Shown: one piece after another, positions 18,844-26,732 of the stretch
Numbering within the stretch: position 1 is the stretch's first letter
Layout of the letters: each line of letters starts with the position of its first letter
Assembly (NCBI GenBank): GCA_047456295.1
Contig: CP179887.1
Span: 495,159 to 559,158 of the forward strand
DNA length: 64,000 nucleotides
Source of the DNA: Candidatus Nealsonbacteria bacterium
GTDB taxonomy: Bacteria; Patescibacteriota; Minisyncoccia; Minisyncoccales; JANBVM01
Direction: 5' to 3'
Made by a program: the position numbers and the translations under genes
The notes under the pieces: model-generated
The model's database searches: none
What the model was told of the DNA's origin: nothing
Seen by the model: only the letters and a program-made list of their open reading frames with translations

Positions 18844-19474
18844 AGATATAAGATTTTTGAGACAGCTTGGATATTTCCTGCATTATTTTATTGGTAATGT
18901 CTCTTAAAAACATGTGGTATTTTTCTTGATTATTTTCTGTCTGGTTTAACAGTTTTCTTTCTTCTGAAAAACACAGAGGTTTCCCTATTTCAATTATTCT
19001 TTTAAGTGAATTTTCTGCCTTCCTTATTCCAAAAGGAATTACAGGGACCCCTGATTTGAGAGCTAATTCTGCAATGCCGGTCTTTCCCTTCAAGAGCTTT
19101 TTTCTGGAATTAGTATTCCCTTCTGGAAAAAGAACGACAATCTTTTTATTTTCCAGGTTTTTAATTATTTTTTTAATAATACCTCCCCTTTTTCCCCTTT
19201 TCCTGTTTATCACAATAGCACCAGAAGAATAATAAAGAAGTCCTGACTGCAGCAAGGTTTTAAAACTATCCATTGCAGCAACAAAACGCAGGTCTCTTGT
19301 TCTTTCTTTTAAGACATCTCCTATAAACCAATAATCCAGACTATTGATGTGGTTTGAGGCAATAATAAAACTGTTCCCTTTGGGAATATTTTCCTTTCCT
19401 TTTATTTCCCGGGTAAAAAGACCTGCAACAGGAAAAAGAAATAATTTACAAAGATAAACAAAAAAAGTTTTCAT
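18833..19474 (-). CDS. plsC: 1-acyl-sn-glycerol-3-phosphate acyltransferase family protein
   Basis: NHINSLD (HX4D) and FPEGNT motifs. Confidence 0.8.
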   Translation of the reverse strand: MKTFFVYLCKLFLFPVAGLFTREIKGKENIPKGNSFIIASNHINSLDYWFIGDVLKERTRDLRFVAAMDSFKTLLQSGLLYYSSGAIVINRKRGKRGGIIKKIIKNLENKKIVVLFPEGNTNSRKKLLKGKTGIAELALKSGVPVIPFGIRKAENSLKRIIEIGKPLCFSEERKLLNQTENNQEKYHMFLRDITNKIMQEISKLSQKSYIYDN

Positions 19475-19505
19475 GATTAGTATTAAATCGTTAAATTAAA
19501 CCTTA

Positions 19506-20168
19506 TTAGTCTAGTTCTGATTTCAAAGAAGCAATTTTTTCCATCACCTTGTCTGTAATCTTAACAAGAATCTCTTTGTTTTCTTCGGAATCCTGACTAA
19601 TCTTTTTTATTCTTTCAAGCTCTTTTGTAAAATAAAGGGGTTTGCCGATATTGATTTTAATCAACCTTTCTATTTTTAGTTTTCCTCCAGGAGGCATAAG
19701 TTTGAAGGTTCCTTTAATTGCTGTGGGCAGAATAGGAACGCCTGTTTCCAAAAAAATCTTGGCTATTCCCCATTTACCCCTGCTCATTTCACCTGTTCTG
19801 GTCCTCGTGCCTTCAGGATAGATTATAAGACTGTCTCCTTTTTTTAAAACCTCAATGGCTTCTGTTACTACTTTTTTCTTTGATTCCTCCTTTTTCCTGT
19901 TTAAACGGATGACCCCGGCAATGAAATACAGAATATATAAAAACAGTTTGGTAAAGCCCTTATAGGTATCGGTCTGGCCAATAAAGTGATATCTCCTGGG
20001 AACACAGACATAAGCTGTGACCAATTCATCTAAATGACTCTGATGGTTTGTGGCCAGGATGAAATTTCCCCTGGGAATATTCTCCCATCCCCTCACTTCT
20101 TTTATAAATAATCTTTTAACAATAGGAACAAGAAAGATTTTACAAAACCAAGAGACTGCCCTATTCAT
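19506..20168 (-). CDS. plsC: 1-acyl-sn-glycerol-3-phosphate acyltransferase family protein (second copy)
   Basis: NHQSHLDE (HX4D) and YPEGTRT motifs. Confidence 0.85.
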   Translation of the reverse strand: MNRAVSWFCKIFLVPIVKRLFIKEVRGWENIPRGNFILATNHQSHLDELVTAYVCVPRRYHFIGQTDTYKGFTKLFLYILYFIAGVIRLNRKKEESKKKVVTEAIEVLKKGDSLIIYPEGTRTRTGEMSRGKWGIAKIFLETGVPILPTAIKGTFKLMPPGGKLKIERLIKINIGKPLYFTKELERIKKISQDSEENKEILVKITDKVMEKIASLKSELD

Positions 20169-21103
20169 AGTTTTTCTGCTCTTTCTTTTATGATTCTTGA
20201 GGCATCTTTTATTGTGTCTTGTATTATCTCCTCACAGCTTTTAATTTCAGAGATTCCTCCGGCACAAAGCCCGCAGAGCAGTGGGGCTTGGGATACGTTT
20301 CCGCTTTCTATCTTTGAACTGGAAAATTTATCTGCTCTTAATTCCTCGGGAAAGGGATTTTTTTCCTCCAGCTTTTGAACCCTTTTGGTCAGTTCGTTTT
20401 CTATTGCCCTTACTGGATGGCCGGTGAACCTTGCCACCACAACAATATTTTCATCGCTTGCCTCTAAAACAGCCTTTTTATAATTCTCATGAATCTGGCA
20501 TTCCTTGCTGGCTAAAAACCTTGTTCCCATCTGGACTCCATCAGCCCCCAACAAAAAGACAGCAGCAGTGGTTTTTCCGTCATAAATGCCCCCAGCAGCA
20601 ATCAAAGGAATCTTTTGTATTGATTTTTTTGCCTGTGGAATGAGAACCATTGTGGTGATTTTGCCAATGTGGCCTCCAGATTCAAGCCCTTCCATTACCA
20701 CGGCATCAGCTCCGTTTTGCTCCATCTTTTTAGCCAATCTTGTTAAAGAAACCACAGGGATAATTTTAATTCCCACTTTCTTCAAATAGGGGAATAAGAC
20801 AAGGGGATTGCCCCCTCCGGTGAAAACAACAGGAATCTTTTGTTTAATCACCACTTTTATTAGTTCAACCACCTTTGGATTTTGCATTAAGAGATTAACC
20901 CCAAATGGTTTATCGGTCAGACTCTTTGTCTTTTTAATCTCTTGTTCCAGCCAGTCAGGAGGAAGGAATCCAGAACCAATGACGCCCAGTCCCCCGGCAT
21001 TGGAGACAGCTGAAACCAGGGCTGAATCTGAAACCCCGGCCATTCCTCCCTGGATTATGGGATATTTAATGTTTAAGAGTTGAGTGAGTTTAGTGCTGAA
21101 CAT
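20165..21103 (-). CDS. fabK: NMO/FabK-type FMN enoyl reductase (nitronate monooxygenase fold)
   Basis: 312 aa with IIQGGMAGVSDSALVSAVSNAGGLGVIG and AAGGIYDG. There is a 4-nt overlap with downstream plsC. Confidence 0.8.
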   Translation of the reverse strand: MFSTKLTQLLNIKYPIIQGGMAGVSDSALVSAVSNAGGLGVIGSGFLPPDWLEQEIKKTKSLTDKPFGVNLLMQNPKVVELIKVVIKQKIPVVFTGGGNPLVLFPYLKKVGIKIIPVVSLTRLAKKMEQNGADAVVMEGLESGGHIGKITTMVLIPQAKKSIQKIPLIAAGGIYDGKTTAAVFLLGADGVQMGTRFLASKECQIHENYKKAVLEASDENIVVVARFTGHPVRAIENELTKRVQKLEEKNPFPEELRADKFSSSKIESGNVSQAPLLCGLCAGGISEIKSCEEIIQDTIKDASRIIKERAEKL

Positions 21104-21162
21104 GTTATTTATAGATTTGATTCAAGTTAAATTTTTTATGTGGTTTAAAAACAACACAATCT

Positions 21163-22659
21163 TTAAGAGGTAATGAGTAAGGGTTGATGTTTTAAAATTT
21201 CATTTGCCTCTGTTACCAATTCCTGAATTAGTTCTTTTACTGAGACTATTTTATTAACCCTCCAGACATTGGAACCTGCAAAAACCAGTCCATTTTCCAG
21301 GTCGCCTTTCCGGGCATTTTCTAAAACTTCCAGGATACAATAGCTTTTATCACAAACTATTCCTATACACCCCTCGCATTTTTTAGGATCTGGTTTTGGC
21401 GCTTTCCCTTCTAAAATCTTTTTAACCAAAGGGGTTTTAATCGCCCTGCCCGGTAATCCAACAGGAGAATGAATAATCACAACATCTTCTTTCTTAGCTC
21501 TCAGGTAGGCCTCTTTAAATTTTTGATGGACATCGCATTCCTTGGTTGCCACAAATCTGGTTGCCATCTGAACCCCTTTGGCTCCTGCCCTTAACATTTC
21601 TACAATGTCTTTTCCATCATATATGCCTCCAGCAGCAATTACAGGGGTCTTGACTTCTTTTACCACCTCTTTGACAATATCAATGGTTTTTCTGAAAGGA
21701 TGGCCCTTTGGAAATCCGAGGTGGCCTCCGGCGTCCATTCCCTCAACAACTATGGCTGCTGCCCCCATAGCTTCTCCTTTTTTGGCAACCTTGACAGATG
21801 AAGCCATTGAGAATATGGGAACATTGTATTTTCTCCCTAAATCAAAAATATCTTCTCTAAATCCTGCCCCCTGAATAATTAAATCAACACTTTCTTCCAT
21901 GGCTGCTTTCACCAATTTAATAAAGTGGCTTGCCACACCCATGATATTTATTCCAATAATTCCTTTGGGTCCGGCAATCTTTTTAGCCTGTTTTATTTCT
22001 GATTTAACCTCATTTGGGTCTTGCATTCCAGAAACAGCAACAATACCCACTGCCCCTTGTTTAGCCACGTTTCCAGCTAAATTATGCAATGAGACCCTTA
22101 CTGCCATTCCTCCCTGGATAATGGGAATCTTGGCAAAAATGTTTCCAATCCTTAAAGGAGGCAGTTTTGTTTGGGTCAGGGGTTTTCCCTGTCTTTCCCT
22201 CAGGTGTTTTTCTTTAAACTCATGTTTGTCCACAACAGCAACCGTAAACCTTACTTCACATTTTTTCTCGTCTTTCACAAATGCCTCTCCTTTAAAATTA
22301 GCAATTTTATAACCATAAAATCCCAGAAGTTTAACCTCATATTTTATTTTGTCTCCAGGAAAAATGGGTTTGTCAAATTGGGCACTTCTCACTCGATAAG
22401 CCAGGAGATGTTTTTGTTTATGACCCTCTCCCATTTCCTTTCTTAAGAGTATGCTTCCTGTCTGGGCCAATCCTTCTACAAGCAAGACACCTGGCATAAT
22501 TGGAAAATCAGTGAAATGACCTTTAAAGTAAGGGTCTTTAACAGAAGTGTATTTATAAGCAACAATGGTATTTCCTTTGATATCCTCTACCTCATCCACC
22601 CATAAAAAAGGATCGTCATAAGGAATGATTTTTTTAATTTGGTCTTTATTCATCATCAT
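21163..22659 (-). CDS. Fusion protein: FabZ-type hot-dog dehydratase (N) + NMO/FabK-type enoyl reductase (C)
   Basis: The N-terminal part PYDDPFLWVDEV...YFKGHFTDFPIMPGVLLVEGLAQTG is FabZ/FabA-like. From about aa 175, IPIIQGGMAVRVS...AAGGIYDGKD...MATRF is the NMO TIM barrel. It is a continuous 498-aa ORF. Confidence 0.8.
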   Translation of the reverse strand: MMMNKDQIKKIIPYDDPFLWVDEVEDIKGNTIVAYKYTSVKDPYFKGHFTDFPIMPGVLLVEGLAQTGSILLRKEMGEGHKQKHLLAYRVRSAQFDKPIFPGDKIKYEVKLLGFYGYKIANFKGEAFVKDEKKCEVRFTVAVVDKHEFKEKHLRERQGKPLTQTKLPPLRIGNIFAKIPIIQGGMAVRVSLHNLAGNVAKQGAVGIVAVSGMQDPNEVKSEIKQAKKIAGPKGIIGINIMGVASHFIKLVKAAMEESVDLIIQGAGFREDIFDLGRKYNVPIFSMASSVKVAKKGEAMGAAAIVVEGMDAGGHLGFPKGHPFRKTIDIVKEVVKEVKTPVIAAGGIYDGKDIVEMLRAGAKGVQMATRFVATKECDVHQKFKEAYLRAKKEDVVIIHSPVGLPGRAIKTPLVKKILEGKAPKPDPKKCEGCIGIVCDKSYCILEVLENARKGDLENGLVFAGSNVWRVNKIVSVKELIQELVTEANEILKHQPLLITS

Positions 22660-23396
22660 ATTGTCAATCCTCCATTAATATTAATGACAGTACCTGTTAT
22701 GAAATCTGCTTTTTCTGAAGCCAAAAAAGCAACCAATTCAGCTATTTCTTCTGGTTTGCCAAATCTAGCCAGGGGAGTTATTTTTTTTACCTGCATCTTG
22801 AATCCTTCTGGCAGGTTTTCGGTAAGCCTGGTTTCAATAAAACCTGGGGCTATAGCATTTACCGTTACCTTAAATCTTCCCAGTTCCTTGGATAGAGATT
22901 TGGTAAAACCAATGATACCTGCTTTGGCTGCAGCATAGTTTGTTTGACCGAAATTCCCCACCTGGCCGACCAAAGAAGACATATTAATAATTTTTCCCTG
23001 GTTTTGAATAATTAAAGGCAGGCTGGCCTTGGCACAGTTGAATACACCTGTTAAATCAATGTCAATTACCTTTTGCCAGTCCTCTTTTGTCATTTTTGCC
23101 AGGGTTTTATCTTTACAGATTCCTGCATTATTGACCAGGACATTCAATCTACCGAAGTCTTTTTGTATCTGCTGGACCATTTTTTCCACTTCTTCTAGTT
23201 TTGAAACATCAGCCAAAAAATACCGGGCTTTCCCTCCTTTTTTCTCAATCTCTTGTTTTAGTGCTTTTAAATTGTCTTCTTGGCTGGATATGTCATTTAA
23301 AGCCACTTCAGCTTCCAGAGAAGCAAATTTTAAAGCAATAGCCCTGCCAATTCCTTGAGAAGAACCAGTGATTAAAACAACTTTATTTTTAAACAT
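22656..23396 (-). CDS. fabG: 3-oxoacyl reductase (SDR, FabG-like)
   Basis: 246 aa with TGSSQGIGRAIA, NNAG and YAAAKAG. Confidence 0.88.
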   Translation of the reverse strand: MFKNKVVLITGSSQGIGRAIALKFASLEAEVALNDISSQEDNLKALKQEIEKKGGKARYFLADVSKLEEVEKMVQQIQKDFGRLNVLVNNAGICKDKTLAKMTKEDWQKVIDIDLTGVFNCAKASLPLIIQNQGKIINMSSLVGQVGNFGQTNYAAAKAGIIGFTKSLSKELGRFKVTVNAIAPGFIETRLTENLPEGFKMQVKKITPLARFGKPEEIAELVAFLASEKADFITGTVININGGLTI

Positions 23397-23438
23397 AATG
23401 AATATATATAATGTAGCTTGGTTTCTACGACCTTAAAG

Positions 23439-24062
23439 TTATAATGTTTTGGCCTTTGTTTTTTCAAAAACCATTCTGTTAAAAGATAAGATTAAACCTG
23501 CTAAAAATATCTTTAATGTATCTCCTAAAATAAAAGGATAGAGACCGACAGTTAATATTTTTGAAATTCCAACAAATCTTGCTAACCACAAAAGCCCGGG
23601 AATATAAATAACAATGTTTCCAGCCAGCATTATCAAGACAGCTGTAGTAGTATTTCTGTTCCATCCTTTTTCAACCAAACCTCCGGTTAAATAGGCAGCC
23701 AATACAAATCCTAGGATATAGCCGAAGGTGGGACTCAGGATATATATTAATCCCCCTCCCCGGGAAAACCAGGGAAGGCCGATTAATCCTGCCATCAAAT
23801 AAGTGAGTTGAGAAGCTGCTCCTTTTTTCTGCCCTAATAAAGCTCCGCTCAAGAGAACCACCACTGTCTGCATGGTTAGAGGAACCAGACTTATTTCAAT
23901 CTTTAATTTAGCAGAGATGCCCGTTAAAATGGCAAAACCCAGAACCAACACAATATCTTTTGCCAATACCAAAACCTTGTCTTTAATCTCTGGCAAGACT
24001 GTTTCAATCAATATTGGATTTTTAGCATTAGAATTTTTCAACATCATATTGCAGTTCCTCAA
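23439..24062 (-). CDS. bioY: Biotin transporter BioY
   Basis: 207 aa, polytopic, with VPLTMQTVVVLLSGALLG and SPTFGYILGF typical of BioY. The start is uncertain, with alternative Met codons 5-6 codons in. Confidence 0.85.
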   Translation of the reverse strand: MRNCNMMLKNSNAKNPILIETVLPEIKDKVLVLAKDIVLVLGFAILTGISAKLKIEISLVPLTMQTVVVLLSGALLGQKKGAASQLTYLMAGLIGLPWFSRGGGLIYILSPTFGYILGFVLAAYLTGGLVEKGWNRNTTTAVLIMLAGNIVIYIPGLLWLARFVGISKILTVGLYPFILGDTLKIFLAGLILSFNRMVFEKTKAKTL

Positions 24063-25086
24063 CCTGTCTTCCTATCACCGGAATATCTTCGATTTTAATA
24101 CTTTTAAGGTATCTTGGCAAATCTTTTATCATTGTGATTTCAGCAAAAACCCTGTCTATATTAAAAGAATTAAAGCCAGCTAATATCAAGCCCAGAAGAG
24201 TGGTATAGCCGGTTGATCTCTGAATTGATATTGCTTCAGCCACGGTTAAATAATCAGGCAAAATATCTTGGATTTTTCTTAGCAAATCTTGATATTCATG
24301 AAGATATGTTAGAGAAAGATAGGATTCTTTTTTGAGAAACTTAAAAACATTTTGCCCGGCTCCCTTTATTTTTAATTTTGGATCAATCTTTAATATAGGT
24401 AGATTAATTATCAAATCATTGTTAAAGAGTTCTTGGGAAATCTCAAATACAATACCGTCTTTTTCTTTTTTTATAAAATTCGTTTTAGCCAGATCCAAAG
24501 GAGTGATTGTATTTTTAAGACAAACAGCCAATAGCTGAGATTTCTGGGCAGAAGCTTCAATGGGAAAATCATTAAAACTCTGAGAAGCTACCTTAATGTT
24601 TTTAGGACTGACTCCTCTCTCAATTAAATACTTAATCATGCCTTCTAAGAACTGAGGACTGGTATTTTGGGCAAAATGAGGATGTTTGGGAGCAATAAGG
24701 GTGGGCAAAATCAGAATCCTGGAATTTTGACTAATTGCAGGTTTCCCTATTAAATCAATGACTTTTTCCATTGCTTCCAATATGTCATATTTTACCCGCC
24801 AGATTGAAACAGCTTCTTTTTTTTGAACAGGTTCTAATCTCAATTCCTCGCCCTCTTTGTATTCTTTAACTGATTTATGGCTCCATTTGTTGCCTTTTTC
24901 ATCTTCCAATAGCAGGACAAAATAAGGCACTGTGGGGTGGGAGATTGTAGGAATGTTAACCTTGGAAACACCGATTACCTTCATCTTTTTGCTTTTAACC
25001 CTTTCCAACTTTAAAAAACAATCAGGACATTTCTTGATTGGATACTGCCAGGTATTTTTACATTTTGAACATTGATAAAAAGCCAT
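24028..25086 (-). CDS. DUF35-like zinc-ribbon/OB domain fused to a DUF362-like domain
   Basis: The N-terminal part has CSKCKNTWQYPIKKCPDC (a C-x2-C...C-x2-C ribbon) followed by an OB-like VIGVSKVNIPT...YFVLLLEDEKGN. The C-terminal about 250 aa have DUF362-like strings: ILILPTLI, DLIINLPILKIDPKLKIKGAGQNVFKFL, LTVAEAISIQRSTGY. The assignment is from remembered family patterns. Confidence 0.6.
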   Translation of the reverse strand: MAFYQCSKCKNTWQYPIKKCPDCFLKLERVKSKKMKVIGVSKVNIPTISHPTVPYFVLLLEDEKGNKWSHKSVKEYKEGEELRLEPVQKKEAVSIWRVKYDILEAMEKVIDLIGKPAISQNSRILILPTLIAPKHPHFAQNTSPQFLEGMIKYLIERGVSPKNIKVASQSFNDFPIEASAQKSQLLAVCLKNTITPLDLAKTNFIKKEKDGIVFEISQELFNNDLIINLPILKIDPKLKIKGAGQNVFKFLKKESYLSLTYLHEYQDLLRKIQDILPDYLTVAEAISIQRSTGYTTLLGLILAGFNSFNIDRVFAEITMIKDLPRYLKSIKIEDIPVIGRQVEELQYDVEKF

Positions 25087-25106
25087 AATTGATTTAAGAT
25101 GATTCT

Positions 25107-25595
25107 ATGGAAACTCTTCTTCTGCCAGAAAAACTTAGACTGGAATTAAGAAAGATTTGGGGAATACCCATATTTGGAGATGAAAGGAAGGTCATTAAAG
25201 AATATGAAAGGATTGTTAAGAATAAAAAATTTAAAAAAATCATTACTGTTGGGGACCGCTGTTCTCTAAGTCTTTCTTCTGATATTAAGATTTTTGACGG
25301 AAAAATCAATAGGAAGAGAATAAAGAAATTTCCACCTTTTTCCCTCAGGTGTTCAAATCCGCCGGGAACCATTCAAAAAGAGGTCTGGACAGTAATTGAA
25401 AAAGCAATTAAAGAAAACAAGAATGTTTTTATTGACGGTGAGGAAGATCTCCTGGTGATACCAGCTGTCTTACTTTCAGAAGAAAACAATGCTGTGGTTT
25501 ATGGTTTTTTAGACAAAGGAATTTGTTTAATCGAGGTTTCTAAAGAAATAAAAAAAAGCTTAAAAGAACTTTTAAAAAGATTTCAAACTAAATAG
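25107..25595 (+). CDS. DUF359 family protein = archaeal-type GTP-dependent dephospho-CoA kinase homolog
   Basis: 162 aa with ITVGDRCS, IFDGKINRKR, NPPGTI and IDGEEDLLVIPAVLL..VVYG, which match the conserved DUF359 blocks. Confidence 0.72.
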   Translation: METLLLPEKLRLELRKIWGIPIFGDERKVIKEYERIVKNKKFKKIITVGDRCSLSLSSDIKIFDGKINRKRIKKFPPFSLRCSNPPGTIQKEVWTVIEKAIKENKNVFIDGEEDLLVIPAVLLSEENNAVVYGFLDKGICLIEVSKEIKKSLKELLKRFQTK

Positions 25596-26712
25596 TTTTT
25601 TTAAGAATGTGAACGGTAACGCTGCCCCCTGTTCCGCCAATATTATGACACAGTCCAATCTCAGGAGCAGGATTTATCTGTCTTTCATTGCATCTCCCCC
25701 GCATCTGACCAACAATTTCATATATCTGGGCAAAACCAGTAACAGAAATGGGATGTCCTTTGGCTTTCAAGCCTCCTGAGGTATTGATGGGTAATGTACC
25801 TCCTAAATTTACCCTACCTGACCTTATTAATTCTGCTCCTTTTCCTATCTGAGCAAATCCCAAATCCTCATAAGAGAATAATTCTACTGAAGTAAAGGCA
25901 TCATGAACCTCGGCAGCCTCAATGTCTTCTGGTCTTAACCCTGCTTGTTCAAAAGCCTGTTTTGCCGCCATCCTTGTGGCTTTAAAATGATGGGTTTGTT
26001 TTCTTCCAAAGGTTAAGATATAGTCAGTGGCAAAACCAGAACCGATAATCTCAATGTCGGTTTTTTCTTTTGAAAGAATGACAGCTCCCCCTCCATTAAC
26101 AGACAGAGAGCAATCCAGCAGCCGCAGGGGCGAGGTAACAACAGGAGAATTCTTAATCTTTTCTAGAGAAACAGGACGCTTATAATAATAGGCTTTGGGG
26201 TTTAAGACAGCATTCTTATGGTTCTTAAAAGCAATTAAAGCTAAATCATCCATGGTGGCTTTGTATCTTTTCATATATTGCTGCCACACCAAGGCATTCT
26301 GGACCGGAAAGAGCAATCCTTCTGGTTGTTCAATCACCCTTTCTGCTGCAGACAGTATCCAGTCTACTGTAATCTCGCTGCGATTATCTACCAATTTTTC
26401 TCCGCTCAGCACCAGGACATTATTAAAGCCAAGGCGATTGGCTGTCCATACTGCTACCCCTCCGCCCGAACAGACAGACGGGGTTTCAATAATAGGAACA
26501 TTGGTCTTAAACAGATCAGAAATCAGAGAGACTTTATGGGTCTGGTGTTCGCCGCCAGCAGCACTGGAAATAGCTGACAAGACAATAGCATCAATATCAG
26601 AAATTTTCATTCTGGCATCTTCCAGGGCTTCCAGGCTAGCTTCAAAAGCCTGCTGCCACCAGGCTTTTTGAGAATAATTAAATTTTGTTAATCCCACTCC
26701 TTTTATATACAT
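25588..26712 (-). CDS. Thiolase-like condensing enzyme (archaeal/SCP-x-type acetyl-CoA acetyltransferase family)
   Basis: 374 aa with a nucleophile context TPSVCSGGGVAV, EVHDAF, and C-terminal CHNIGGTGGSVTVHIL. Confidence 0.85.
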   Translation of the reverse strand: MYIKGVGLTKFNYSQKAWWQQAFEASLEALEDARMKISDIDAIVLSAISSAAGGEHQTHKVSLISDLFKTNVPIIETPSVCSGGGVAVWTANRLGFNNVLVLSGEKLVDNRSEITVDWILSAAERVIEQPEGLLFPVQNALVWQQYMKRYKATMDDLALIAFKNHKNAVLNPKAYYYKRPVSLEKIKNSPVVTSPLRLLDCSLSVNGGGAVILSKEKTDIEIIGSGFATDYILTFGRKQTHHFKATRMAAKQAFEQAGLRPEDIEAAEVHDAFTSVELFSYEDLGFAQIGKGAELIRSGRVNLGGTLPINTSGGLKAKGHPISVTGFAQIYEIVGQMRGRCNERQINPAPEIGLCHNIGGTGGSVTVHILKKTI

Positions 26713-26732
26713 AATATAGGTAATTTATTTTA

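Noticed and set aside
25094-25372. 92-aa minus-strand ORF
   Set aside because: It is antisense to the DUF359 gene, whose conserved motifs support the plus-strand reading.
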